A DNA stretch of 56,496 bases from Alphaproteobacteria bacterium (lineage in GTDB: Bacteria; Pseudomonadota; Alphaproteobacteria; JAEUKQ01), in contig JBGAWJ010000002.1 of the NCBI GenBank assembly GCA_044227605.1, positions 1 through 56,496 on the forward strand, given 5' to 3'. The notes beneath the pieces are model-generated. The model made no database searches, was not told the DNA's origin, and was given only the letters and a program-made list of their open reading frames with translations. The translations under genes were made by a program, and so were the position numbers. This document shows positions 35,453 to 43,869 of the stretch, one piece after another; the stretch's first letter is position 1; each line of letters starts with the position of its first letter.

Positions 35453-35771
35453 CTAATCCTGGCAAATAAAATGATCTTTTTTAAAACACTTTTCATCATA
35501 GGAAAATACGCTAGAAAAAACAGCTTTTTTCTACGTTAGGTGCAAATTTAGCTGTCAAAATAATTATGTCCATGATCAGGCCAGCATTTCATCAGTCATG
35601 TAATTTCTGTCAATTGATGGATCATAGGTGATACCGGGTTATTTTTTGAAGTTTATGGTAGGATAAAATTAAGGCAAAATTATGGCAAAAGCAAATATCG
35701 AAAACCGCATAAAAGAAAACATTCATAAAAAACTTAACAACTATCAAAAGCTTGCGTATATATGAAGGCTT

Positions 35772-37088
35772 ATGAAAAGCGAGGATATTGTGGCCGAGCC
35801 GAAAATTGTTACCTTTGGCTGTCGTTTGAACAGTTATGAATCGGGTGTCATGCGCCAGCATTTGCAGCAATTGCCTGCGGATGATGTCATTGTGGTCAAC
35901 AGCTGCGCGGTGACGGGCGAGGCCGAACGCCAGGTCAAACAAAGCATCCGCAAATTGCGCCGGGAAAATCCGACTGCTAAAATCCTGGTAACCGGTTGTG
36001 CCGCCCAATTACACCCGGATGATTTTGCTAAAATGCCCGAGGTGAATGGCGTGTTCGGCAACCGCGAGAAACTGGATCCCATCCGGTTGGCCGAATTTGT
36101 GGGGGTAAAACCTCAAGAATTGCCCGTGACACCAACCCCGGTCGCTGTTCAAAACATCATGGAGGTGCGGGAAACTGCCCATCATCTCCTGAGCGGGATT
36201 GATCAGCGCACCCGTGCTTTCCTGCAAATTCAGCAAGGCTGCGATCACCGCTGCACCTTCTACATCATTCCCTATGCCCGCGGCAACAGCCGCAGTACGC
36301 CTGCGGATCAGATTATCCACCAGATCCAGCATTTAATGGAAGCAGGGGTCGGGGAAGTGGTATTGACGGGGGTTGACATCACCTCTTATGGGCGTGATTT
36401 GCCAACCCCCTTAAGTTTGGGGGAATTAACTCAACAAATTTTGCGGCAAGTGCCCCAATTACCCCGGTTGCGTCTGTCATCGATTGACCCGATTGAAATA
36501 GATCCGGCCTTATGGGAAGCGGTGAAAAGCGAACCCCGGCTGATGCCCCATCTGCATTTAAGCCTGCAGGCAGGTGATACCATGATTTTGAAGCGCATGA
36601 AACGCCGCCATTCCGCTGAGCAGGCGGTAAAACTATGCGATGATTTGCGTGCCTTGCGCCCTGATATCGCCTTGGGGGCAGATATCATTGCCGGATTCCC
36701 AACCGAGGATGAGGCGATGTTCCAAAACAGCCTGCGCCATGTGCAGGAGTGCGGGATCAGTTTCCTGCATGTGTTCCCTTATTCCTCGCGCACCGGCACG
36801 CCAGCCGCCAAAATGCCGCAAGTACCGGTTGAGGTGCGGCGGGAACGGGCAGGGCGTTTGCGGGAAATGGGCGACCTACAGCGGCAATTATTCTTTCAAA
36901 GCCAACAGGGCAAAATCCAACAGATATTGGTTGAAAAAACCGAAAGTGATTACGCAACCGGCCACAGCCAACATTTCGCCCCGGTTCGGTTAAGCACGCC
37001 CGCCAAAATCGGCAGTATTGTACAAGCGGTTGTCACGGGTTGGCAATCCACTTATTTGCTGGCAGATATCCAAGGGAGTGTCGTATGA
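35772..37088 (+). CDS. mtaB: tRNA methylthiotransferase MtaB-like (radical SAM), with a non-canonical cluster motif
   Basis: MTTase N-domain cysteines (TFGCRLN, NSCAVT, VTGCAAQ), a radical-SAM core and a TRAM-like C-terminus. The motif reads CDHRCTFY rather than CxxxCxxC (see findings). Confidence 0.85.
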   Translation: MKSEDIVAEPKIVTFGCRLNSYESGVMRQHLQQLPADDVIVVNSCAVTGEAERQVKQSIRKLRRENPTAKILVTGCAAQLHPDDFAKMPEVNGVFGNREKLDPIRLAEFVGVKPQELPVTPTPVAVQNIMEVRETAHHLLSGIDQRTRAFLQIQQGCDHRCTFYIIPYARGNSRSTPADQIIHQIQHLMEAGVGEVVLTGVDITSYGRDLPTPLSLGELTQQILRQVPQLPRLRLSSIDPIEIDPALWEAVKSEPRLMPHLHLSLQAGDTMILKRMKRRHSAEQAVKLCDDLRALRPDIALGADIIAGFPTEDEAMFQNSLRHVQECGISFLHVFPYSSRTGTPAAKMPQVPVEVRRERAGRLREMGDLQRQLFFQSQQGKIQQILVEKTESDYATGHSQHFAPVRLSTPAKIGSIVQAVVTGWQSTYLLADIQGSVV

Positions 37089-38038
37089 AAAAAGAAATCG
37101 GCAAACGAACGGGATGGTTCCGCAGGTTGGGCCAGGGGTTGCGCCGCACCTCCACGCGTCTGGTTGACGGCATTTCTGGCGTTTTCACGGGCAAACGTCC
37201 ACTTGATGCAGCCTCCCTCCAAGATATTGAAGAAACATTGATTGCTGCCGATTTGGGACCACAATTGGCCACCCGCCTGGTGCAGGATTTGGAGCGGTAT
37301 AAATTCGATAAAGCGGTTGATAGCAATGAGGTGCGTGAATTTTTGGCGGGTGAGGTTGCGAAGATCTTGGAACCGGTGGCCAAAACCCTGCCGCTGGGTA
37401 ATCATCACCCTAATGTGATTTTGGTGATCGGGGTGAATGGCAGTGGTAAAACCACGACCATTGGCAAGCTTGCGGCGCAATTTAAGGAAGACGGGAAAAA
37501 GGTTTTGATGGCGGCGGGTGATACCTTCCGTGCCGCAGCGATTGAACAATTAACGGTGTGGAGCCAGCGCGCGGGTGTTGCAATCATCACGCCGATGGCT
37601 GGCAGCAGCGATGCTGCGGGGTTGGCGTTTGAGGCACTCACTAAAGCGAAGGCGCAGAAAGATGATGTGCTGTTGATCGACACCGCCGGGCGTTTGCACA
37701 ACAAAGCTGATTTGATGGCGGAGCTGCAGAAAATTACCCGAGTCTTGAAAAAGATTGACCCGCAAGCCCCCCATCAAACCCTTTTGGTACTGGACGCTAC
37801 CATCGGCCAAAATGCGGTAACCCAGGTGGAAACTTTTAAATCTATTGTTCCCTTAACCGGATTGGTGGTGACCAAGCTGGACGGTACGGCCCGGGGCGGG
37901 GTGGTGGTGGCCTTGGCCGAGAAATTCCATTTGCCCATTTATGCGATTGGCGTTGGCGAAACCATTGATGATCTGCGCCCGTTTGAGGCGAAGAATTTTG
38001 CCAATTCCCTGATGGGTGTTGAGGAAGTTGAGGCGTGA
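37085..38038 (+). CDS. ftsY: Signal recognition particle receptor FtsY
   Basis: GVNGSGKTTTIGKLA, DTAGRL, TKLDGTARGG. ATG 37085 overlaps the mtaB stop (ATGA). Confidence 0.95.
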   Translation: MKKEIGKRTGWFRRLGQGLRRTSTRLVDGISGVFTGKRPLDAASLQDIEETLIAADLGPQLATRLVQDLERYKFDKAVDSNEVREFLAGEVAKILEPVAKTLPLGNHHPNVILVIGVNGSGKTTTIGKLAAQFKEDGKKVLMAAGDTFRAAAIEQLTVWSQRAGVAIITPMAGSSDAAGLAFEALTKAKAQKDDVLLIDTAGRLHNKADLMAELQKITRVLKKIDPQAPHQTLLVLDATIGQNAVTQVETFKSIVPLTGLVVTKLDGTARGGVVVALAEKFHLPIYAIGVGETIDDLRPFEAKNFANSLMGVEEVEA

Positions 38039-38073
38039 TCGGTTTCAAGCCCGCTCATTCAACAGGTGGCAAT

Positions 38074-38111
38074 AACCCCGGTTGTTTTGCAAGCAACCAG
38101 GGTTTTATTTT
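38074..38111 (+). terminator. Rho-independent terminator after ftsY (possibly bidirectional)
   Basis: AACCCCGGTTG-TTTTGCAAG-CAACCAGGGTT (one mismatch) followed by TTATTTT. It lies between convergent genes. Confidence 0.6.
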
Positions 38112-38128
38112 ACCTTAAAGTGCAGGAA

Positions 38129-38470
38129 TTAGTACTTGGATTCCTGTAAGGCACCCAACAAGGCCAGGACACCCCCAACCAGAATAATAGTTAACAAATA
38201 GCTGATGCCATAGCTGACAGCCAAACCAAAATACAAATAGGCTGCGGCCCCGCCGCTGACGATGACCAGCAGGCTGGCAAACGTTTTGGCTGACTCGCCA
38301 AATGTTTTGATGGCCAGATAAACGGAAACCAAACAAGCAACTGGCAAAATCCAAACCGAGAAATGAACGGCTGGAAAGCCGTCAATAATGTAATTAATTA
38401 ACCAAATCAACCCCTTTACTGTGCCGACAATGGCGGTAATAAATGCGACCAACGCCCCAATAATCCGCAT
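38129..38470 (-). CDS. Hypothetical small membrane protein (about 4 TM)
   Basis: 113 aa from ATG 38470 (MRIIGALVAFITAIV...), uniformly hydrophobic. No family recognised. Confidence 0.55.
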   Translation of the reverse strand: MRIIGALVAFITAIVGTVKGLIWLINYIIDGFPAVHFSVWILPVACLVSVYLAIKTFGESAKTFASLLVIVSGGAAAYLYFGLAVSYGISYLLTIILVGGVLALLGALQESKY

Positions 38471-39067
38471 AATCTTTCCCTTTCTTATTGCTTTGTATAT
38501 CAAAAACCCGGAATACCCATTTAAATACTAGGATATATCAGAAATTACAAGGAAATTTATCGAAACTCAATGGGGTAAAGAAAATAATCAAAAAGAAGGG
38601 AGTTTTTGATAGAATTTAAGGGTATTTTAATGGCTGCATTATTATCCGATTAATTTTTATCAAAAATTCCTGAGATTTTGGGTTCCCAAAAGACCCATTC
38701 TGTCCAAAGACCTGTTGTTGTACAAAAACCACGAGGAGTAACAAATTTCTCGTCTGTGGTAAATTCAAAAGTATCTTTCAAGGGATATTTGGATAATGAA
38801 GGAACTAAAAACCTTTTATGATTAAAGTGATCATGGATAGGCACAATTACCTGATGCCAGTCATAGAGTGTCAGATACCCTTCTTTTTAATTGCCGCTGT
38901 CAAGATAAGCACTATCTAAATGAATATCAATTGACGCAGAGTGACGTAGAGATTAGCTATCTGAAAATTTCTGCTGTAAAATTTTAGCATCTGGAAAAGA
39001 CAATTATTCCCAATCTTCAGGCTGTGTTTTATAGACTCTCTAATTTGGCTTAAAAATTTAAATGATT

Positions 39068-39211
39068 TTAGGTTTTAGGGAGAATAGAATTTTCCTTCTC
39101 TGCCTGATCGTCCTCAATATCCCTATAGGCTTTCATTTCCAGCCACATAGCGTTCAGGATGGAAAAGCTACAGGCCAGGCCCAGTCCTAAAATCCAGCTA
39201 AAATACCACAT
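39068..39211 (-). CDS. cydX: Cytochrome bd oxidase small subunit CydX
   Basis: Not in the ORF track (47 aa): MWYFSWILGLGLACSFSILNAMWLEMKAYRDIEDDQAEKENSILPKT. It matches the E. coli CydX N-terminus (MWYFAWILGTLLACSF...) and lies 40 nt downstream of cydB. Confidence 0.8.
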   Translation of the reverse strand: MWYFSWILGLGLACSFSILNAMWLEMKAYRDIEDDQAEKENSILPKT

Positions 39212-39251
39212 GGGTGCCTCCTTTTATAACTTTGTAAAACCGTTGTCTTGA

Positions 39252-40409
39252 TTAATAGGATCCCTTGTCATCCTCGCGGATATGTTCAATGGTGACCGGC
39301 CCACGCAGCACGCGGAACACCCAGGTGGTATAGGTCAGGACGATGGGCAAAAACACCACCACCGCAATCAGCATCCACCATAAGGTCAAATGTGAGGAAG
39401 AGGCATCCCATACCAGCAGGCTAGAGGCTGGGTCAAGTGAGGATGGCAGGATAAACGGGAACATACTAAGCCCTACCGTGCCGATAATGCCTGCAATAGC
39501 TAAACCACTGCAGATAAAACCCAACCAAACGAGGCGCCGCCCCAAGGAGATAGAGGCCACAAGTGCCCCTAAAATCCCCACTATGGGTGCAGCCATCATC
39601 CAAGGATATAATTGATAATTCCCTAACCAAGCACCCATCTCCCGTCCCACTGTTTTGGCAAGGGGGTTCGAAGCGGCCTGCGGGTCAATCGCCTGGGTAA
39701 TGTGATAGCCATCCAATCCCCAATATCCCGACAGCATCCACAGTCCCGTTGCCGTAAACAGCAAGGCGGTGAGGATGGCCGCCCATTGGCCTGCCTTGGC
39801 GGCGCGATTGCGGACAATTCCGGTGGTTTTAAATTGTAAAAAGGCCGCCCCATGCATGACCAGCATACCAACGCTAACCAGCCCCGCAACCAGCGGAAGA
39901 GGGGTTAAAAGAGATAGTAATCCACCTTCCAGGTTCAAGCGCATATCGCCGTCAAAACGGAAAGGCAGTCCCAGTAGCACATTACCCATGGCAACGCCAA
40001 ACAGCAAAGCTGGTAAAAACCCGCCCAGGAAAATCACCCGGTCCCACCATTTCCGCCAAGTGGGATTCAGCAGTTTGGAGCGGTATTTAAAGCCGACGGG
40101 CCTTAAAATCAACGCGCCCAACACTGCCAGCATCGCCAAATAAAGGCCGGAGAAAGCCACGGCATAAATGGCGGGCCAGGCGGCAAAAAGGGCACCCCCG
40201 CCTAAGATGAACCAAACCTGGTTGCCTTCCCACACCGGTCCAATGGTATTCAGCAGTACGCGGCGTTCATCATCATTTTTAGCGATAAAAGGCAATAAGG
40301 TTGCGACCCCCAAATCAAACCCGTCCATCACGGCAAAGCCGATCAGTAAAACCCCCAGCAACACCCACCAAATCAGCCGCAAGGCTTCGTAATCGAGTAA
40401 AATCGGCAT
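39252..40409 (-). CDS. cydB: Cytochrome bd ubiquinol oxidase subunit II
   Basis: 385 aa polytopic protein. N-terminus LLDYEALRLIWWVLLGVLLIGFAVMDGFDLG, immediately downstream of cydA. Confidence 0.95.
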   Translation of the reverse strand: MPILLDYEALRLIWWVLLGVLLIGFAVMDGFDLGVATLLPFIAKNDDERRVLLNTIGPVWEGNQVWFILGGGALFAAWPAIYAVAFSGLYLAMLAVLGALILRPVGFKYRSKLLNPTWRKWWDRVIFLGGFLPALLFGVAMGNVLLGLPFRFDGDMRLNLEGGLLSLLTPLPLVAGLVSVGMLVMHGAAFLQFKTTGIVRNRAAKAGQWAAILTALLFTATGLWMLSGYWGLDGYHITQAIDPQAASNPLAKTVGREMGAWLGNYQLYPWMMAAPIVGILGALVASISLGRRLVWLGFICSGLAIAGIIGTVGLSMFPFILPSSLDPASSLLVWDASSSHLTLWWMLIAVVVFLPIVLTYTTWVFRVLRGPVTIEHIREDDKGSY

Positions 40410-40420
40410 GGATGGCCTCC

Positions 40421-41974
40421 TTAATTGGTGGTAATAGGCAAGGTGGATGAAGGTGTCAGGGTTTTATCTGGCCCTAGGCGCACATATTTAAACATCAGGA
40501 ATAAATCAACCACGGCTAAGGCCGTATAAAACACGGCAAAGCCAACTAAACTGATCCACACCTGGCCGCTGCTGACCGAGGACGCGCCCAGGAAAGTTGG
40601 TAGGATCCCCTCAATAATCCAGGGTTGGCGCCCGTATTCCGCCACAATCCACCCAAGTTCCGAGGCAATCCAAGGCAAGGGCAGGCTGCAGAAAGCCAGG
40701 CGTAAAAACCAACGATGCTGAAAATGCCGCTTGGCCGAAAGGTAAAAGGCCAGTGTAAATAAGAAAATGAAAAACATCCCCAGTGCTACCATCACCCGAA
40801 ACGACCAAAACATCACCAGCACATCCGGCACCAGGGTTTTGGCAGCTGTCGCAATATGATCGGGGGTGGCGGTGGTGATGTCGCTTAAAAAGCGCCGCAG
40901 CAATAAAGCATAACCCATATCTTGGCCATGTTCTTCAAAATCCTTAAGTGCCGGTTGATTGGCGCGGTCTTGCTTTAAAATTTGCAACGCACGGTAAGCA
41001 ATGAGGCCTGAGGCAATGCGTTTTTCACCATGCGCAACCAGTTGGTTGATTCCAGGCAGTTCTTTATCAAAGGAACGGGTCGTAATCAACCCCAGTATCC
41101 AAGGCACTTTCACTTCAAAATGAGTTTTGCCTGCCGCTTGGTCGGGCCAACCGAACAGGGTGAAGCCAGCGGGGGCCGCCTCCGTATCCCACATCGCCTC
41201 AATCGCCGCAAGCTTCATCTTTTGATGTTCGGTTGCCACATAGCCGCTTTCATCGCCTAGCACCACGACCGACAGGGCGGATGCCAGGCCGAAACTGGCG
41301 GCTACGGTAAAGGAACGCTTGGCAAATTCGGTATGGCGTCCCTTTAGCAAATACCAGCAACTGATCGCCAATACAAAAATTGCCCCCGTTACGTAGCCTG
41401 CGCTGACGGTATGGACGAATTTAGCTTGTGCAACCGGATTAAAAAACACCTCAGACAACGAAGTCAATTCCATCCGCATCGTATCCATGTTAAAGGCGGC
41501 ACCTACCGGATTTTGCATCCAGCCATTGGCAATCAAAATCCACAGCGCCGAAAAATTAGCGCCAATCGCCATCAGCCAGGTGGCGGTTAAATGCCCGCGC
41601 TTGCTTAGCCGCTTCCAGCCGAAGAAAAACAAGCCGATGAAGGTGGATTCCAGGAAAAAAGCCATTAATCCTTCAACCGCTAAGGGTACGCCAAAAATAT
41701 CCCCCACATAATGGGAGTAGTAGGCCCAGTTGGTGCCAAACTGAAATTCCATGGTAATGCCAGTAGCAACGCCCATGGCGACGTTAATGCCAAATAACAC
41801 GCCCCAAAATTTGGTCATTTGCCGCCAAATTTCTTTGCCCGTCATCACATACACGCTTTCCATAATGGCAAGTAAGATGGACAATCCCAAAGTCAGTGGG
41901 ACAAACAGAAAGTGATAAAGCGCAGTTAAAGCGAATTGGATCCTGGAAAGGTTGACCACTTCCATATCAATCAT
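40421..41974 (-). CDS. cydA: Cytochrome bd ubiquinol oxidase subunit I
   Basis: 517 aa. LSRIQFALTALYHFLFVPLTLG, Q-loop region, GWIVAEYGRQPW motif. Confidence 0.96.
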   Translation of the reverse strand: MIDMEVVNLSRIQFALTALYHFLFVPLTLGLSILLAIMESVYVMTGKEIWRQMTKFWGVLFGINVAMGVATGITMEFQFGTNWAYYSHYVGDIFGVPLAVEGLMAFFLESTFIGLFFFGWKRLSKRGHLTATWLMAIGANFSALWILIANGWMQNPVGAAFNMDTMRMELTSLSEVFFNPVAQAKFVHTVSAGYVTGAIFVLAISCWYLLKGRHTEFAKRSFTVAASFGLASALSVVVLGDESGYVATEHQKMKLAAIEAMWDTEAAPAGFTLFGWPDQAAGKTHFEVKVPWILGLITTRSFDKELPGINQLVAHGEKRIASGLIAYRALQILKQDRANQPALKDFEEHGQDMGYALLLRRFLSDITTATPDHIATAAKTLVPDVLVMFWSFRVMVALGMFFIFLFTLAFYLSAKRHFQHRWFLRLAFCSLPLPWIASELGWIVAEYGRQPWIIEGILPTFLGASSVSSGQVWISLVGFAVFYTALAVVDLFLMFKYVRLGPDKTLTPSSTLPITTN

Positions 41975-42186
41975 GGGGCACCTGCGGGGTTTAAAAGGAA
42001 TTGCTGTTCAACACGTTCCGGGCTGATGTGGGGGCGATGTTCGCCATTAAACCACCAAAAACGCATCACTATTAAGATAACCATTTTTAAAACCAAAACC
42101 AACCATATTTTCCGCCATAATCGTTGCAGGGGGGAAGGGGTAGTTAGGATATGAAGGTTGTTGGGGTTCATTGGCTTGCCTATCAT
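41971..42186 (-). CDS. Hypothetical small membrane protein, translationally coupled upstream of cydA
   Basis: 71 aa ORF with one hydrophobic helix (IWLVLVLKMVILIVMRFWWF). Its TGA overlaps the cydA ATG (ATGA at 41971-41974). No family recognised. Confidence 0.4.
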   Translation of the reverse strand: MIGKPMNPNNLHILTTPSPLQRLWRKIWLVLVLKMVILIVMRFWWFNGEHRPHISPERVEQQFLLNPAGAP

Positions 42187-42310
42187 AAAACCAGCAACGG
42201 ATTGCCAGAATTGCCGAATACCTTATAAAATATAAAAGGATGAAGAAGCTAGCTGCAAGCAGAAAAAGCAAGTCGGCGGATATATTTTGTCGCAGACAAT
42301 TAAACCGCGT

Positions 42311-42340
42311 AAAAGAAAAACGGCCTTCCGCAAAAGGCCG
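42311..42340 (-). terminator. Rho-independent terminator of cspA
   Basis: The minus strand reads CGGCCTT-TTGCGG-AAGGCCG followed by TTTTTCTTTT, about 50 nt after the cspA stop. Confidence 0.7.
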
Positions 42341-42344
42341 CCCA

Positions 42345-42374
42345 GTCAATCGAAGCCGGGTCAATCGAAGCCGT
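42345..42374. repeat. 15-bp tandem direct repeat (2 copies)
   Basis: GTCAATCGAAGCCGG (42345-42359) is followed at once by GTCAATCGAAGCCGT (42360-42374), between the cspA stop and its terminator. Confidence 0.85.
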
Positions 42375-42388
42375 GACTGTGATGTGAA

Positions 42389-42592
42389 TTAAAGCAATTT
42401 CAAAGTTACGGCGGAGGTTTTGCCGCGGTTATTGGCTAATTCATAGGTGATTTTCTGACCTTCCGGCAAGGTGCTGATCCCGGATTGCTCTAACGCCGAA
42501 ATATGTACGAAAACATCTTGCGAATTGTCTTCGGGTTGGATGAAGCCATAACCTTTTTTGAAATTAAACCATTTAACGGTACCAATTGCCAA
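42389..42592 (-). CDS. cspA: Cold shock protein (CspA family)
   Basis: 67 aa with RNP motifs KWFNFKKGYGFI and VFVHIS. TTG start preceded by AGGAGG. Confidence 0.93.
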   Translation of the reverse strand: MAIGTVKWFNFKKGYGFIQPEDNSQDVFVHISALEQSGISTLPEGQKITYELANNRGKTSAVTLKLL

Positions 42593-42861
42593 TGAAGCCT
42601 CCTGAATGAAATAATAGTGCCCAAGACCGCAGCCATGAGATCAACCCTATCCGTTGACGGGATAAGGAAAAACGTAACAAAAATGAAAGCTTATCGACTT
42701 AAGGCCTTGCTATCACTTCTGATCAGCTTCCCTATCTTTCAAACCAGATAGGTCGTAGATTGTAGGATAAAAGCTTTGCCTCCGCAAGCAAAATTCCCCT
42801 GCGGCACATCTCATCCATGCAGGTTACCCCGATGATATGCTTAAAAGCGATCTTTGGCCTG

Positions 42862-43848
42862 TTAAGAAGCCGGGGAATAGGCAACAATTTTTTGATCAAT
42901 GGCACCGAAAATGGACTGCCCCTGGACATCACGCATCTCAATCCGCACCTGGTCACCAAAACGCAAAAACGGTGTGCTTGGTTTGCCTGAAGCGATGGTT
43001 TCCAGCACTCTACGTTCAGCAATGCAAGAGGAGCCGACGCTTTGATCTTTATTGGAAACCGTGCCGGAGCCGATGATAGAACCCGCGGCCAACGATCGGG
43101 TTTTAGCCGCGTGGGCAATCAGTTGGGCAAAATCAAAAGTCATATCCACACCCGCATTCGGCTTGCCAAATAAGCTGTTATTGAGGTAGCTGTAAAGAGG
43201 CAGATGCAGTTTTTTCCCGTCCCAGGCTTGACCCAATTCATCGGGGGTGACTGCCACTGGTGAGAAAGACGAAGAAGGCTTGCTTTGAAAAAAGCCAAAA
43301 TTCTTGGCAAGTTCCCCGGGGATCAAATTCCGCAGTGACACATCATTGACCAGCAGCAGTAATTGAATATGCTGCACAGCTTTGGCGGCCGTAACCCCCA
43401 TCGGCACATCATCGGTGATGACAGCCACTTCTGCCTCAAAATCAATCCCCCAATCCTCCTGGGCCAACCGGACATCCTCACAAGGGCCTAAAAACGTATC
43501 CGAGCCGCCCTGATACATCAAAGGGTCCGTCCAGAAGCTGGCGGGCATATCCGCGCCGCGCGCTTTGCGTACCAATTCAACATGGGTGACATAAGCCGAT
43601 CCATCCGCCCATTGGAACGCCCGTGGCAAAGGTGCGGCACAGGCTTTGGCTACAAATGGGTGCGCCCCCTTCATTCGTCCTTGATTGAGTTGTTGGGACA
43701 GTTTTTGCAAGAGGGGGCTGGCCTTTTGCCAGTCATCCAACGCCTGTTGCAGGGTGGGGATCTCGGAAACAGCATATGATTGCAAATCGGTGCTGACCAC
43801 GATCAATTGCCCATCACGCCGGTGGTTTTTAAGGGTTGCCAGTTTCAT
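42862..43848 (-). CDS. Fumarylacetoacetate hydrolase (FAH) family protein
   Basis: 328 aa. The N-terminal MKLATL...DGQLIVVS domain is typical of FAH-family proteins. The C-terminal FAH fold (GSGTVSN..., GDQVRIEM) sits next to an HGD-like gene. Confidence 0.8.
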   Translation of the reverse strand: MKLATLKNHRRDGQLIVVSTDLQSYAVSEIPTLQQALDDWQKASPLLQKLSQQLNQGRMKGAHPFVAKACAAPLPRAFQWADGSAYVTHVELVRKARGADMPASFWTDPLMYQGGSDTFLGPCEDVRLAQEDWGIDFEAEVAVITDDVPMGVTAAKAVQHIQLLLLVNDVSLRNLIPGELAKNFGFFQSKPSSSFSPVAVTPDELGQAWDGKKLHLPLYSYLNNSLFGKPNAGVDMTFDFAQLIAHAAKTRSLAAGSIIGSGTVSNKDQSVGSSCIAERRVLETIASGKPSTPFLRFGDQVRIEMRDVQGQSIFGAIDQKIVAYSPAS

Positions 43849-43869
43849 GTTAATTCATAGTATTTTGCA

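Noticed and set aside
35513-35534. AGAAAAAA-CAGC-TTTTTTCT inverted repeat as a terminator
   Set aside because: The stem is purely A/T and would be very unstable. It lies upstream of rlmH, not downstream of any gene.
35622-36008. 128-aa minus-strand ORF spanning the mtaB start and the upstream spacer
   Set aside because: Half of it is antisense to the conserved mtaB N-terminus. The rest is AT-rich spacer giving a Phe/Ile/Tyr-rich tail. There is no RBS or motif.
42732-43118. 128-aa minus-strand ORF overlapping the FAH gene 3' end and the cspA upstream region
   Set aside because: It is a different frame of the same strand as the conserved FAH C-terminus, with an Arg/Pro/Leu-rich composition. 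It would also run into the cspA leader.
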